Source of the DNA: an uncultured bacterium
GTDB lineage: Bacteria > CAYMEV01
Direction: 5' to 3'
DNA length: 52,814 bases
Assembly (NCBI GenBank): GCA_964431655.1
Contig: CAYSKJ010000003.1
Span: 1-52,814 of the forward strand
Shown here: positions 18,539 to 28,372 of the stretch, piece after piece
Numbering within the stretch: position 1 is the first letter of the stretch
Layout: every line of letters starts with the position of its first letter
Notes under the pieces: generated by a model
What the model was told of the DNA's origin: nothing
Seen by the model: the letters and a program-made list of their open reading frames with translations, nothing else
The model's database searches: none
Translations under genes and position numbers: made by a program

Positions 18539-19048
18539 ATGAAAAAAAAATTGGTTCTAACATGTGTATTTGTTTTATGCATTGCCCTTTCCGGCAGTTT
18601 TATTTATGCTGAAGCCGAAAAAGAGGAACAGATCAAGGCAGTGGAAGAGACAGCTTTGGATGTTCTTGACTATGACTCACTGATCGGTATGAAGGATAAG
18701 CTCGGACTTAATGAAGAGCAGGTAAAAAAGATAAGTGAGCTGAAGGCCAAAGACAAATCTATGGCTGATGAGTTATCCCAAAAGGAAAAACTGATTCAAC
18801 AGCTGGAGATGGAAAAGAAGGCTGAAAAAATTGAGGCCGACCAGGTGAAGAAGCTGGAAAAAGAGATCATGGATGCAAAGGAAATGATCAAGAAAAAGAA
18901 AATGGCCAGCATGGCAGACCTTCAGGAAATTCTTACCAAAGAGCAGATGGAAAAATATGAAATGATGTGTGCAAAAAGGGAATCAAAGCCTTTAGGAAAA
19001 GCCGAAGAAAAACCAAAGAAGATAGAGTCGGAGAAAAAAGACAAATAA
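18539..19048 (+). CDS. Spy/CpxP-like periplasmic helical protein
   Basis: Signal peptide; LGLNEEQ and ILTKEQ (LTxxQ) motifs; AAGGAGG SD. Confidence 0.78.
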   Translation: MKKKLVLTCVFVLCIALSGSFIYAEAEKEEQIKAVEETALDVLDYDSLIGMKDKLGLNEEQVKKISELKAKDKSMADELSQKEKLIQQLEMEKKAEKIEADQVKKLEKEIMDAKEMIKKKKMASMADLQEILTKEQMEKYEMMCAKRESKPLGKAEEKPKKIESEKKDK

Positions 19049-19056
19049 ACCATGAA

Positions 19057-19084
19057 AAGATGGGGGGTATCCGCCCCTCATCTT
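19057..19084 (+). terminator. Stem-loop after the Spy-like gene
   Basis: AAGATGGGGGGT-ATCC-GCCCCTCATCTT, a 12-bp stem with G-U pairs. Confidence 0.55.
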
Positions 19085-19360
19085 CCAAACCCCAATTGCT
19101 GACCATGGTGCAGAAATATATACAATATGTCTGCACTGCAGATAATCCTATGAAAGAACACTTTAAAAATCACTTTTTCAGGAAAACTATCAGGATTATA
19201 TTTATCCCTTGATTTATCATACCGCCTGAAACAAAAGGAATTACAATATAGTATAACTGAAATAAACCCGAAATCTTAAATTTCAGTTGAAAAATCAAAA
19301 TATATCAGATAATAGATATCAGATATAAATAATTAAGAGTTTTATCTTGGGAGTTCAAGG

Positions 19361-20542
19361 ATGAAAAAAATTGTATTTATAGTCCTGATATTGTCCATAG
19401 CCTTTATCCTCTGGTATTTCATGGGAGGAGTACCCGGCGAGAACGGGCCCGGAGGAAGGTATGGCCAGGCGGTGGCCATTGAAGCCGGAAGCATTCAAAG
19501 GATGGATATCAGCAATGTCAAAGTATTTACAGGTTCCCTGCAGGCAAGATCGAGGTTTGTTGTAGCGCCAAAGGTGCCGGGGAGGCTGGAAAAGCTTTAT
19601 GTTAATATGGGGGATATTGTTAATAGGGGACAGCTTATTTCCAAGCTTGACAGCCAGGAGTACGAGCAGAATGTTGAACAGGCGAGGGCAGAGCTTATGG
19701 TAGCGGAGGCAAATGTCGCCGAGAGCGAAAGCGCCCTTGATGTTGCAAAAAGAGAGCTGGAGAGAATAACTGTCCTCAGGGAGAAGAAGATAGCTTCTGA
19801 ATCTGAACTGGATGAATCTTATGCCAACTACAGGGCCAGAGATGCAAAGCACCGGGTTACGATGGCCCAGGTCCGGCAGAGAGAGGCTGCACTAAGGGCG
19901 GCTCAGGTCAGGCTCTCATTTACTCAGATAAGGGCATCCTGGGAAAATGGAGGTGAAAAGAGGGTAATCGGAGAGAAATATGTAGACGAGGGTGCCATGC
20001 TCAGGGCAAATGATCCCATTGTTTCCGTGCTGGACATTGATTATCTTACCGCTCTTATAAATATTACTGAAAAGGATTATTCATCGGTCAGGATCGGTCA
20101 GCCGGTAATCCTTACATCCGATGCCTACGGAAAAATGAAATATGAGGGCAGGGTAATCCGCATGGCTCCAGCTCTTAGAGAAAACTCCCGTACTGCAGAT
20201 GTTGAGATTGAGGTGGCTAATCCAGGCCATGATCTTAAGCCTGGTATGTTCATAAGGGCGGCAATTGAGCTTGAGAAGCGTGATAATGCACTGGTAGTTC
20301 CATTCCCTGCATTGACAGCCAGGGATGATAAGCAGGGAGTATTTTTGATTGACAGAGAAGAAATGAAAGTAAGCTTTGTGGCCGTTGAGACAGGCATAGT
20401 TACCTCTGAATGGGCTGAGATAATCAAACCCAGTATTGATGGTTATGTCGTCACGCTGGGGAATCACCTCCTTGATGACGGCTCAAACGTTATATTGCAT
20501 TACGGCCCTTCGGAAACGGACATGGGTAAAGATCAAAGATGA
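19361..20542 (+). CDS. RND efflux periplasmic adaptor (MFP)
   Basis: N-terminal anchor; V.PKVPGRL..LYV.MGD.V..GQ, coiled-coil hairpin, LKPGMF. Confidence 0.92.
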   Translation: MKKIVFIVLILSIAFILWYFMGGVPGENGPGGRYGQAVAIEAGSIQRMDISNVKVFTGSLQARSRFVVAPKVPGRLEKLYVNMGDIVNRGQLISKLDSQEYEQNVEQARAELMVAEANVAESESALDVAKRELERITVLREKKIASESELDESYANYRARDAKHRVTMAQVRQREAALRAAQVRLSFTQIRASWENGGEKRVIGEKYVDEGAMLRANDPIVSVLDIDYLTALINITEKDYSSVRIGQPVILTSDAYGKMKYEGRVIRMAPALRENSRTADVEIEVANPGHDLKPGMFIRAAIELEKRDNALVVPFPALTARDDKQGVFLIDREEMKVSFVAVETGIVTSEWAEIIKPSIDGYVVTLGNHLLDDGSNVILHYGPSETDMGKDQR

Positions 20543-23500
20543 TAATATCAAGGTTTACTGTAAACAGACCAAGGTTTACCATGATGGTATGCCTCATAGT
20601 GCTTATAATCGGAGGTATGTCTTTGAGGAAACTGCCGATTGACCTTATGCCTGATATTACCTATCCTACCCTGAGCATATTTGCAAACTATGAAAACGCA
20701 AGCCCTGAGGAGGTTGAAGAGCTTGTCACGAGGCCCATAGAGGAGGCAATGAGCGCGGTTCCCGGGGTCGAAGAGGTATCATCAACATCGGAAGAAGGAA
20801 GCAGTCGCGTCAGAGTTTCCTTTTCATGGGGAACTGATCTGGATGCAGCGACCAATGATGTCAGGGACAGGCTTGACAGGATAATTAGAGCTCTTCCTGA
20901 GGATATGGACCGCCCTACCCTGAGAAAATTTGATCCCAACAGCATGCCTATACTTATAATGGGGGCATCCAGCAACCTTGATGCGATCCAGATAAGGAAG
21001 ATTATTGATGATCAGGTTAAATACAGGATTGAGCGTGTGCCCGGTGTGGCGGCCCTGGATGTATGGGGAGGACTTGAAAGAGAGATACAGGTAAATCTTG
21101 ACGCGGATAAAATAAAGGCCCGGGGCATATCTCTTGACCGGATAATCACTTCCATAAGGGAAGCCAAGCTAACTCTGCCTGCAGGCAATGTGGAGCATGG
21201 AAATTACCAGATAATTGTCCGTGTCCCCGGTGAATATAATGACCTTTCCCAGATAAGGGAAACGGTGGTTGCAGAGAAGGACGGGGTTCTCGTCCGTCTT
21301 GAGGACATAGCCTCGATTGAGGATACCCATCAGAAAATAACCCGAATAGTGAGGGTAAACGGCAGACCGGGTATCCAGCTTTCCATAACCAAGCAGTCAG
21401 GAAGAAACACCGTTGAGGTTGCTGAGCAGGTTCTTGAGGAGGTTGTTAAAATAAACAGGGATATCCCTCAGATTGAGCTTATACCTATCATTGATTTCTC
21501 CGATTTCATAAAGAGATCCATATCATCGGTGGGTTCATCCGCTGTCTTTGGCGGTATATTTGCCATACTGGTCCTATTGTTTTTCCTCAGGAATATGAGA
21601 AGTACAGCCATTGTAGCTGTAGCAATTCCACTATCCATAGTTGCCACTTTTGCTCTCATTTATTTCTACGGCTTTACGCTTAATATTATGACTCTTGGCG
21701 GCCTTGCCCTGGGTATTGGGATGCTTGTGGATAATTCCATCGTTGTTCTTGAGAATATATACCGCTACCAGGAGAGCGGTTCTGGTTCCAAAAAAGCAGC
21801 TATAGACGGGAGTGAGGAAGTAGCCAGCGCCGTGGTAGCAAGTACCCTTACTACCGTGGCCATCTTTCTGCCATTGATATTTATCGAGGGCATGTCAGGT
21901 GTGATGTTCAAACAGCTGGCGATAGTTGTAAGCTTTGCCCTTTTATGTTCTCTTATCGTTTCGTTGGCGGTGATTCCCATGCTGGCGTCCAGGTATTTAA
22001 GGCATGTGTCCATTGAGCATTTTAAGAAAGATACAGTATTCAGGAGATTATTCCTGTTCAGTGACAGGATTCTTGTCAGAATCGACTCACTTTACAGAAG
22101 ATTGCTTCACTATGCGATGAAGTACCGTTTTAGGTTCCTGACAGCAGTCTGTGCTCTCCTTTTAGGGAGCCTTTTTTTAATTTTCCTGATAGGGGTGGAA
22201 TTAATGCCCCAGAGCGATGAGGGAGAGGTCAGAATTTACGGTGAAATGCAGGTAGGGACAAAGCTCTCCATAGTTGATGAAAAGTTCAGGTATATTGATG
22301 GTATAGTGGAAACAGAGATTCCTGAAATAAAGAGCATGGTGACCAGCCTTGGAGGCTGGTCTGAAAGTCATGAGGGAAGCATCAGGCTTTCTCTTGTGCC
22401 CAGGACCGAAAGATCGCGTTCCAGTGAAGAAATTGCCTCCGATATCCGTTCAAGGCTTTCGGGTATTCCCGGCATGAGCATCCGTACCCGGGCAGGTACC
22501 GGGATGTTCACCAGGATGCTGGCAGGCAGAGGCGGGGGAACAGAGAGAATAGAAGTGGAGATAAGGGGTTATGACCTTGATACAGCTGATGCCCTGGCCC
22601 TGCAGATAAAATCGGCTGTAGAAAAGGTTGAAGGCATAACTGATGCCCGTGTCAGCCGTGAAACAGGAAAACCTGAATACCTGGTCCATGTAAACAGGGA
22701 AAGGGCTGCAGACATGAAGCTGTCGGTATCATCCATTGCCCGGATGCTCCAGACATCCCTGGGCGGAACCAATGCCGGGTATTACAGGGAATCAGGCCAT
22801 GAGTACAGGATACTCGTCAGGCTCAAAGATGCAGAAAACCTGGAACTGGATGAGATACTCAGCCTTTCTCTCCTGAACTCCGATGGACAGCCTGTAATTC
22901 TTAGAAATGTAGTCGATGTGGAACCCAATAGCGGTCCTGTAAGCATATCCAGGCGAGACCAGGAGAGAGTTGTTACCGTTACCGCCAATTATGCGGACAG
23001 GGATATGGGCTCAATTCTGGGAGACATAAGAGAAAAGCTGAATCTGATTCCTGTTCCTGACGGTTTCAGTATTGGGTTCACTGGTGAATATGAACAGCAG
23101 CAGGAAACTTTTGGTGAGCTTGGTATAATGATGGTACTGGCTTTAATGATCGTCTACATGGTAATGGTTTCCCTCTATGAATCATACCGTGATCCCTTTG
23201 TGGTTATGTTCTCAATACCCCCGGCAGCAATAGGGGTAACATGGATGCTGTTCCTGACCGGGACAACCCTGAATATGCAGTCCATTATCGGATGTATCAT
23301 GCTTGCTGGCATAGTAGTAAACAATGCCATTGTCCTTGTGGACCACATAAACCTCCTGCGCCAGCGAGACAAGATGCCCCTGCTCGAAGCAATCGAGGAA
23401 GCCGGAATAAGAAGGCTCCGGCCAATACTCATGACAGCTTTCACTACCATGCTTGCCCTGGCTCCAATGGCCATAGGCTACGGTGAGGGAGGAGAATTTC

Positions 23501-23640
23501 AGGCTCCCCTGGCAAGAGCAGTTATTGGAGGTTTGTTTACAGCAACCCTTATTACTCTCGTTGTGGTCCCAATTATTTACTTTCTGTTTGAAAGCAGAAC
23601 AAAAAATCATGAAACGGGAGAAGGTCGGGCTGAAGCTTAG
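20539..23640 (+). CDS. RND efflux permease (AcrB/SwrC-like)
   Basis: 1033 aa; LPIDLMPDI.YP, GMLVDNSIVVLENI, RLRPILMT. Confidence 0.95.
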   Translation: MIISRFTVNRPRFTMMVCLIVLIIGGMSLRKLPIDLMPDITYPTLSIFANYENASPEEVEELVTRPIEEAMSAVPGVEEVSSTSEEGSSRVRVSFSWGTDLDAATNDVRDRLDRIIRALPEDMDRPTLRKFDPNSMPILIMGASSNLDAIQIRKIIDDQVKYRIERVPGVAALDVWGGLEREIQVNLDADKIKARGISLDRIITSIREAKLTLPAGNVEHGNYQIIVRVPGEYNDLSQIRETVVAEKDGVLVRLEDIASIEDTHQKITRIVRVNGRPGIQLSITKQSGRNTVEVAEQVLEEVVKINRDIPQIELIPIIDFSDFIKRSISSVGSSAVFGGIFAILVLLFFLRNMRSTAIVAVAIPLSIVATFALIYFYGFTLNIMTLGGLALGIGMLVDNSIVVLENIYRYQESGSGSKKAAIDGSEEVASAVVASTLTTVAIFLPLIFIEGMSGVMFKQLAIVVSFALLCSLIVSLAVIPMLASRYLRHVSIEHFKKDTVFRRLFLFSDRILVRIDSLYRRLLHYAMKYRFRFLTAVCALLLGSLFLIFLIGVELMPQSDEGEVRIYGEMQVGTKLSIVDEKFRYIDGIVETEIPEIKSMVTSLGGWSESHEGSIRLSLVPRTERSRSSEEIASDIRSRLSGIPGMSIRTRAGTGMFTRMLAGRGGGTERIEVEIRGYDLDTADALALQIKSAVEKVEGITDARVSRETGKPEYLVHVNRERAADMKLSVSSIARMLQTSLGGTNAGYYRESGHEYRILVRLKDAENLELDEILSLSLLNSDGQPVILRNVVDVEPNSGPVSISRRDQERVVTVTANYADRDMGSILGDIREKLNLIPVPDGFSIGFTGEYEQQQETFGELGIMMVLALMIVYMVMVSLYESYRDPFVVMFSIPPAAIGVTWMLFLTGTTLNMQSIIGCIMLAGIVVNNAIVLVDHINLLRQRDKMPLLEAIEEAGIRRLRPILMTAFTTMLALAPMAIGYGEGGEFQAPLARAVIGGLFTATLITLVVVPIIYFLFESRTKNHETGEGRAEA

Positions 23641-23673
23641 TCCATGAATGTTGGGGAAAAGGAGAGAGGAAAT

Positions 23674-25185
23674 ATGTACATGAAAGCCAGGCTCTGCACT
23701 TATTTTTTTGCCTTGCTTATAATTGCAAATTTTGCATTTATTTTACCCCGGGAAGAATATGCCGGGTCCAGCATGCATAATTCAGGTTCTTCTGATGAAG
23801 AATGCCGGAAGTCCGGGCGGGATGAACTTGATTTGTCTGTTGAGGATGCTATAATAATGGCATTGGAGAATAACAAGTCCCTTCTCATAGAGAGGCTGAA
23901 ACTGCCAATTCAGGGCACCTATGAAATACAGGAACAGGCAGTATTTGATCCTGGCTTTACCGCAGGCTATACCTATATAAGGGAAAAATCCGACGGTGAA
24001 AGTTTTGAAAATACCAGCGGTGAGATAGCTCTTGAAGGTTTTCTGCCAACCGGGACAGAGATATCTTTAGGCCTGGAGACCAGCCGTCAATGGTCATATC
24101 TTTACAGTAATGAGCATTCCACGAGGCTTGGAATGACGGTTACCCAGGCTCTCCTTAAGGGGGCAGGTCTGGGATACAATCTGGCGAATGTAAGGCAGGC
24201 GGGGCTCGATACCCTGTCCACAGAATTTGAGCTAAAAGGTTTTACAGAAGAACTCATAGCTGAGGTGGAAAAGAGTTACTGGAATTATGCTCTTGCCAGT
24301 AGAAATCTTGAGATATATCTGCATTCAATGGAACTGGCCGAAAAACAGCTGGCAGAGGTGAAGGAAAGGATAAGTGTGGGCAAGCTTGCGGAGATAGAGC
24401 TTGCTGCAGCAAAGGCGGAGGTTGCTTTAAGGAGGGAAGCCCTTATAAATGCCCAGAGCAGTATGGATAAAAGCAGGATAAAGCTTCTAAGGCTTATTAG
24501 CCCCGCATCAGGTGACATGTGGGCTAAAGGCATACATCTAAAGGATATACCTAAGGTTCCTCAAATAAGCCTTGACAGCCCTGAATCCCATACGGCCCTG
24601 GCTTTGAAAATGCGGTCTGACTTAAACCAGGCATTGCTGAGTGTCCAAAGGGGGGAAATAGAGCTGACAAGGACAAAAAACGGCCTGCTGCCGCGGCTTG
24701 ATCTGTTTATCCGGATCGGAAAAACGGGCTATGCCGACTCTTTTTCGGGTTCTGTGGATAATATTGACGGTAAAGACTACGATATCTCAGCAGGGTTGAT
24801 TTTCCAGTTTCCCCTGGGGAACAGGAGTGCCGGAGCAAAGCATAGAAGAGCCTTATACAGCAGTGAACAGGCGAAAGAAGCGATGGACAATCTTATCCAG
24901 CTCATTGAGCTTGATGTCCGCCTGGCATACATAGAAGTTCAGAGGGCCTATCAGCAGATAGATGCAACAGTTGCGACCAGGAAGTCCCAGGAGGAAAAGT
25001 TTCGCGCGGAGGTTGAAAAGTTCAGGGTAGGCCGTTCTACCGCTTTGCTTGTAGCTCAATCCCAGAGAGACCTGGTAAATGCGGAGATAAGCGAGGTAGA
25101 GGCTATTGTGAATTATCTGAACGCGCTGATAGAGCTTTTTCGCATAGAGGGTTCTCTTCTGGAAAGAAGAGGGATAAAAACCTGA
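23674..25185 (+). CDS. TolC-family outer-membrane efflux protein
   Basis: LSVEDAI.MALENN, LLPRLDL, two OEP repeats; start likely ATG 23674 after GAGAGGA (ORF track start 23644). Confidence 0.88.
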   Translation: MYMKARLCTYFFALLIIANFAFILPREEYAGSSMHNSGSSDEECRKSGRDELDLSVEDAIIMALENNKSLLIERLKLPIQGTYEIQEQAVFDPGFTAGYTYIREKSDGESFENTSGEIALEGFLPTGTEISLGLETSRQWSYLYSNEHSTRLGMTVTQALLKGAGLGYNLANVRQAGLDTLSTEFELKGFTEELIAEVEKSYWNYALASRNLEIYLHSMELAEKQLAEVKERISVGKLAEIELAAAKAEVALRREALINAQSSMDKSRIKLLRLISPASGDMWAKGIHLKDIPKVPQISLDSPESHTALALKMRSDLNQALLSVQRGEIELTRTKNGLLPRLDLFIRIGKTGYADSFSGSVDNIDGKDYDISAGLIFQFPLGNRSAGAKHRRALYSSEQAKEAMDNLIQLIELDVRLAYIEVQRAYQQIDATVATRKSQEEKFRAEVEKFRVGRSTALLVAQSQRDLVNAEISEVEAIVNYLNALIELFRIEGSLLERRGIKT

Positions 25186-25225
25186 ATGTGCACAGAACTG
25201 TTCCAAAGGAAATACGGGTTTCCTT

Positions 25226-26062
25226 ATGAGTAATATAGTTCTAGGAACCTGTTCCTGGAATTACAGCTCCTGGGTCGGCCTTGTATATAAAGAAAAGAGG
25301 TTATCACCGGCTGATTACCTGAAAGAATATACCAAAAAGTTCGGCACTGCCGAGATTGACAGCTGGTTCTACCGGATTCCGTCAAGACAGCAGGTCTTAT
25401 CCTATGCCAGAAATGCGCCTGATGATTTCAGCTTTACCTGTAAGATAACGCGAGATATCACTATGCCCTTTTTAAGAGGGGAAACTGATATAAAAAACCC
25501 TAAATTCCTGGACCCTGAATTTTTCAAAGCGTTTTGTGATGCAATATCTTTTCTGATTGACAGAATAGAGCTGATCATATTCGAGTTTGAGTACCTGAAT
25601 AAAGCAAAAATGATGTCTGTCTTTGAGTTTATTGATAGGTTCGGAGATTTTAAGAATAAAATAGGCAATGAACTGCCGGTCGGTATAGAAACCAGAAACA
25701 GCAATTACCTGACCCGGGAATACTTTGAATTCCTTTATTCAAGCAGGATTTCCCATGTCTTTTGTGAGAAGCAGTATATGCCCCACGTTTTTGATGTTTA
25801 CAGTGAGTATAAAGACTTGATAAGCGGTAAAAGTGTTATAAGGCTTCTGGGCGAAGACAGGGCGGAAATAGAAAGGAAAAGCGGAAAAAAATGGGACAGG
25901 ATAGTTAAAGAAGTGCCCACCAAAGATAAGATAGTTTCCATGTCGCTGGATATGAAGAACAGGGTTATTATCAATGTCAATAACCATTATGAAGGCTCAG
26001 CCCCCCTGACCATAGACTGCCTGAAGAAGATGTTCAAGGACAGGGGTGTCACTGTAAGCTAG
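25226..26062 (+). CDS. DUF72 family protein
   Basis: LGTCSWNY.SW.GLVY, EIDSWFY, FTCK, IETRN, NNHYEG.A. Confidence 0.88.
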   Translation: MSNIVLGTCSWNYSSWVGLVYKEKRLSPADYLKEYTKKFGTAEIDSWFYRIPSRQQVLSYARNAPDDFSFTCKITRDITMPFLRGETDIKNPKFLDPEFFKAFCDAISFLIDRIELIIFEFEYLNKAKMMSVFEFIDRFGDFKNKIGNELPVGIETRNSNYLTREYFEFLYSSRISHVFCEKQYMPHVFDVYSEYKDLISGKSVIRLLGEDRAEIERKSGKKWDRIVKEVPTKDKIVSMSLDMKNRVIINVNNHYEGSAPLTIDCLKKMFKDRGVTVS

Positions 26063-26213
26063 AGAACTTATAAACATGTATTTTTAGCAAATATCATAAT
26101 TAGCAGGAATAAAATTTTTTACCTGTTGATTTAAATTTTTTTATGGTAATATTAATAATTATGATATTTTATTATAAGTATCATTAAATCTAAAAGAATC
26201 TGGAGGTAGGATT

Positions 26214-26561
26214 ATGGAATGGTTTCTGAAAGTAATCAGGCAGTATGCAGATTTCTCAGGCAGGGCAAGAAGGAAGGAATACTGGATGTATTTCCTGTTC
26301 TATATCATTTTCTATCTGGTACTCTTCGCCATTGACATGGTACTCAAAATTGGAATATTAGCACTAATCTACGCCTTGGCACTGCTAATACCAAGCATCG
26401 CAGTATCCGTAAGAAGACTCCATGATATTGGAAAAAGCGGCTGGTTTATATTGATAGCCCTTATACCTGCAATCGGGGCAATTATTCTGCTTATCTTTAT
26501 GGTTACAGACAGTAATCCCGGTGATAATCAGTACGGTCCTAATCCCAAGCAGACAGCATAA
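26214..26561 (+). CDS. DUF805 (YhaH-like) membrane protein
   Basis: YADFSGRARRKEYW, AVSVRRLHDIGKSGW, NQYGPNPK. Confidence 0.93.
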   Translation: MEWFLKVIRQYADFSGRARRKEYWMYFLFYIIFYLVLFAIDMVLKIGILALIYALALLIPSIAVSVRRLHDIGKSGWFILIALIPAIGAIILLIFMVTDSNPGDNQYGPNPKQTA

Positions 26562-26593
26562 GCCAAACTTAAGGGCTTAAGAAGAATCATGCA

Positions 26594-27190
26594 TCAGGCT
26601 TTTTCTCTGAGCAGAAACCGGTAGGGAAAGTCTTTTGCATAGCCAGCATATTCTATGTTGACCCTTTTGCAGGCCTCTATTTCAAAAGATAGAGTATTCT
26701 GGGGAATTGCAACAAACAGCTCAGAGCCTGTAAGATCAATTCCATAATGGGACATGTTTATACCCATGGCCTGGCTAAGTTTTCCGGGGCCGTTGGCGAG
26801 CCGTGCAATATTGTCTGTTTTTCTTCGGACTTTCATAAGTTCTATGCCTGATATGGGTCTTATTGCTCTTATAAGTACAGCCTCAGGTGAACCGGCTTTT
26901 CCGGTAGTTATATTGAAACAAAAGTAAATACCGTAAATCAGGAATATATATGCAAGACCGCTCTGGCGGTATTGTACGCTTACTCTTTTTGAATTTATCT
27001 TATAGGAATGGGAAGCAGGATCGTTTAAGCCGGTATATGTCTCTGTCTCTGTAATAATTCCTGAAGTTGACCCCTGAGCAGAATTATGTACCACTTCCAT
27101 TCCCAGAAGAGATCGGGCAACGGTTATAGTATCCGTTTCATAGAATTGCCTGGGAAGGGCTTTAAAGATCCTTGTAAAATCAGTAACCAT
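26594..27190 (-). CDS. mpg: 3-methyladenine DNA glycosylase (MPG/AAG family)
   Basis: VARSLLG, ITETETYTG..DPASHS, YG.YFCFN, AVLIRA, NGPGKL. Confidence 0.92.
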   Translation of the reverse strand: MVTDFTRIFKALPRQFYETDTITVARSLLGMEVVHNSAQGSTSGIITETETYTGLNDPASHSYKINSKRVSVQYRQSGLAYIFLIYGIYFCFNITTGKAGSPEAVLIRAIRPISGIELMKVRRKTDNIARLANGPGKLSQAMGINMSHYGIDLTGSELFVAIPQNTLSFEIEACKRVNIEYAGYAKDFPYRFLLREKA

Positions 27191-27839
27191 GGCAGAGTGA
27201 AATTATGTCGACCTGTTCTGGCTGATGACTGCTTATTGTTTTCAGCGCTTCCCCGATGGTTGTGCCTGATGTGTAAATATCATCGAATAATAGTATCCTC
27301 TTGTCCATTATGCAGTATCTGCATGCATAAAAAGCTCCTTCAAGCTGAGCGCGCCTTTCCTGGAGGGACAGGTTATAAAGGGGCCTGGTATACCTTTTTC
27401 TTCTTATTATCCTTTTAATCAGGTCTAGATGCTTCTCTTCCAGAAGGTATTTTAGAAGGAATTCATTCTGGTCAAAACCCCTGATCAGGTATTTTTTTAA
27501 ATAATGGGCCGGTATATAGGATATTATATCAGGGTCGTTTTCTTTGACAATCCCATTTAAGATTACAGAAAAAATTTCTTTAAATACCGGGCCAAGGTCT
27601 CGGTGTTTTTGGAATTTCAGGAGGTGTATCAGCCTTTTTGTCTTTCCTGTATAGGTTGAAAAATATTTTATCCTGTACCTTTCATAAGAAATCTCTCTTG
27701 GGTGCGGAAAGACCATCTTTTTGAGATCATTAAGGCAATTATCGCAGATATTTGAAAATTTGTCCGTCAAAATACCGGCATTGCAAATATAGCAACGGGG
27801 AGGCAGGAGAATGTTAATCAGTTCCCTGAAATTTCTCAT
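27180..27839 (-). CDS. comF: ComF family protein (zinc ribbon + PRPP-binding domain)
   Basis: CYIC..CDNC, RGFDQ, ILLFDDIYTSGTT; ATG 27839 overlaps the rlmH stop (ATGA). Confidence 0.88.
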   Translation of the reverse strand: MRNFRELINILLPPRCYICNAGILTDKFSNICDNCLNDLKKMVFPHPREISYERYRIKYFSTYTGKTKRLIHLLKFQKHRDLGPVFKEIFSVILNGIVKENDPDIISYIPAHYLKKYLIRGFDQNEFLLKYLLEEKHLDLIKRIIRRKRYTRPLYNLSLQERRAQLEGAFYACRYCIMDKRILLFDDIYTSGTTIGEALKTISSHQPEQVDIISLCHGY

Positions 27840-28267
27840 TTCTGGTGATAGGGATGATTTGTTAAAATGCACTGGACCCTGTAGAGCTGTTCCAGCAGCA
27901 TTAATCTTGCAATAAAATGATTGAAGATCATGTCGGATAGACTTATTTTAGCGTAAGATTCAGGCATGTTGACCGGCAAATTTCCCTGATCATCCCCGAT
28001 ATAAAAAAAGATGTTTTTATAGTTTGATTCAAGGGCAATTATAAGATCTGAAAATGCCTCAGTATTATATCTTCTACCTTTCTGGGCCATTACAATATTA
28101 TAGGAATGCGCTTCTTTTGCAATTTTGGATAAATTTGGAGGAAGCGAGGAATGGATAGTGTACAGCACAGGATTCAGCCTTTTTTTCATCATGAGCAGGT
28201 ATTTTTTTTCATTATCACTGTATGGTGATTTTTCCTTTTTCATCTGGGATATAATACATATTTTCAT
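27836..28267 (-). CDS. rlmH: 23S rRNA (pseudouridine1915-N3)-methyltransferase, divergent
   Basis: ISLSDMIFNH..ARLMLLEQLYR...I....PYH C-terminal signature. Confidence 0.82.
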   Translation of the reverse strand: MKICIISQMKKEKSPYSDNEKKYLLMMKKRLNPVLYTIHSSLPPNLSKIAKEAHSYNIVMAQKGRRYNTEAFSDLIIALESNYKNIFFYIGDDQGNLPVNMPESYAKISLSDMIFNHFIARLMLLEQLYRVQCILTNHPYHQK

Positions 28268-28276
28268 GTTTTTTTT

Positions 28277-28305
28277 AGTATAATATATGGGAAAAATCTT
28301 GTCAA
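28277..28305 (-). promoter_or_regulatory. Sigma70 promoter of rlmH-comF-mpg (near-leaderless)
   Basis: TTGACA-17 nt-TATACT, 9 nt before ATG 28267. Confidence 0.7.
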
Positions 28306-28307
28306 AA

Positions 28308-28335
28308 TGAAACTTAAAGTATAAGAAAAACGTAA
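28308..28335 (+). promoter_or_regulatory. SigW-like ECF promoter of the second RND operon
   Basis: TGAAAC-17 nt-CGTAA, about 40 nt upstream of ATG 28373. Confidence 0.55.
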
Positions 28336-28372
28336 TAATTAGACTATAAAATGAGTTTTTTTCGAGGATAAC

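Noticed and set aside
18933-19212. Short ORFs overlapping the Spy-like gene end
   Set aside because: They cross a terminator-like hairpin and have no coding signature.
21715-21760. RND TM4 motif VDNS instead of AcrB VDDA as a defective proton relay
   Set aside because: Both permeases share it, and it is a common variant in this RND subfamily.
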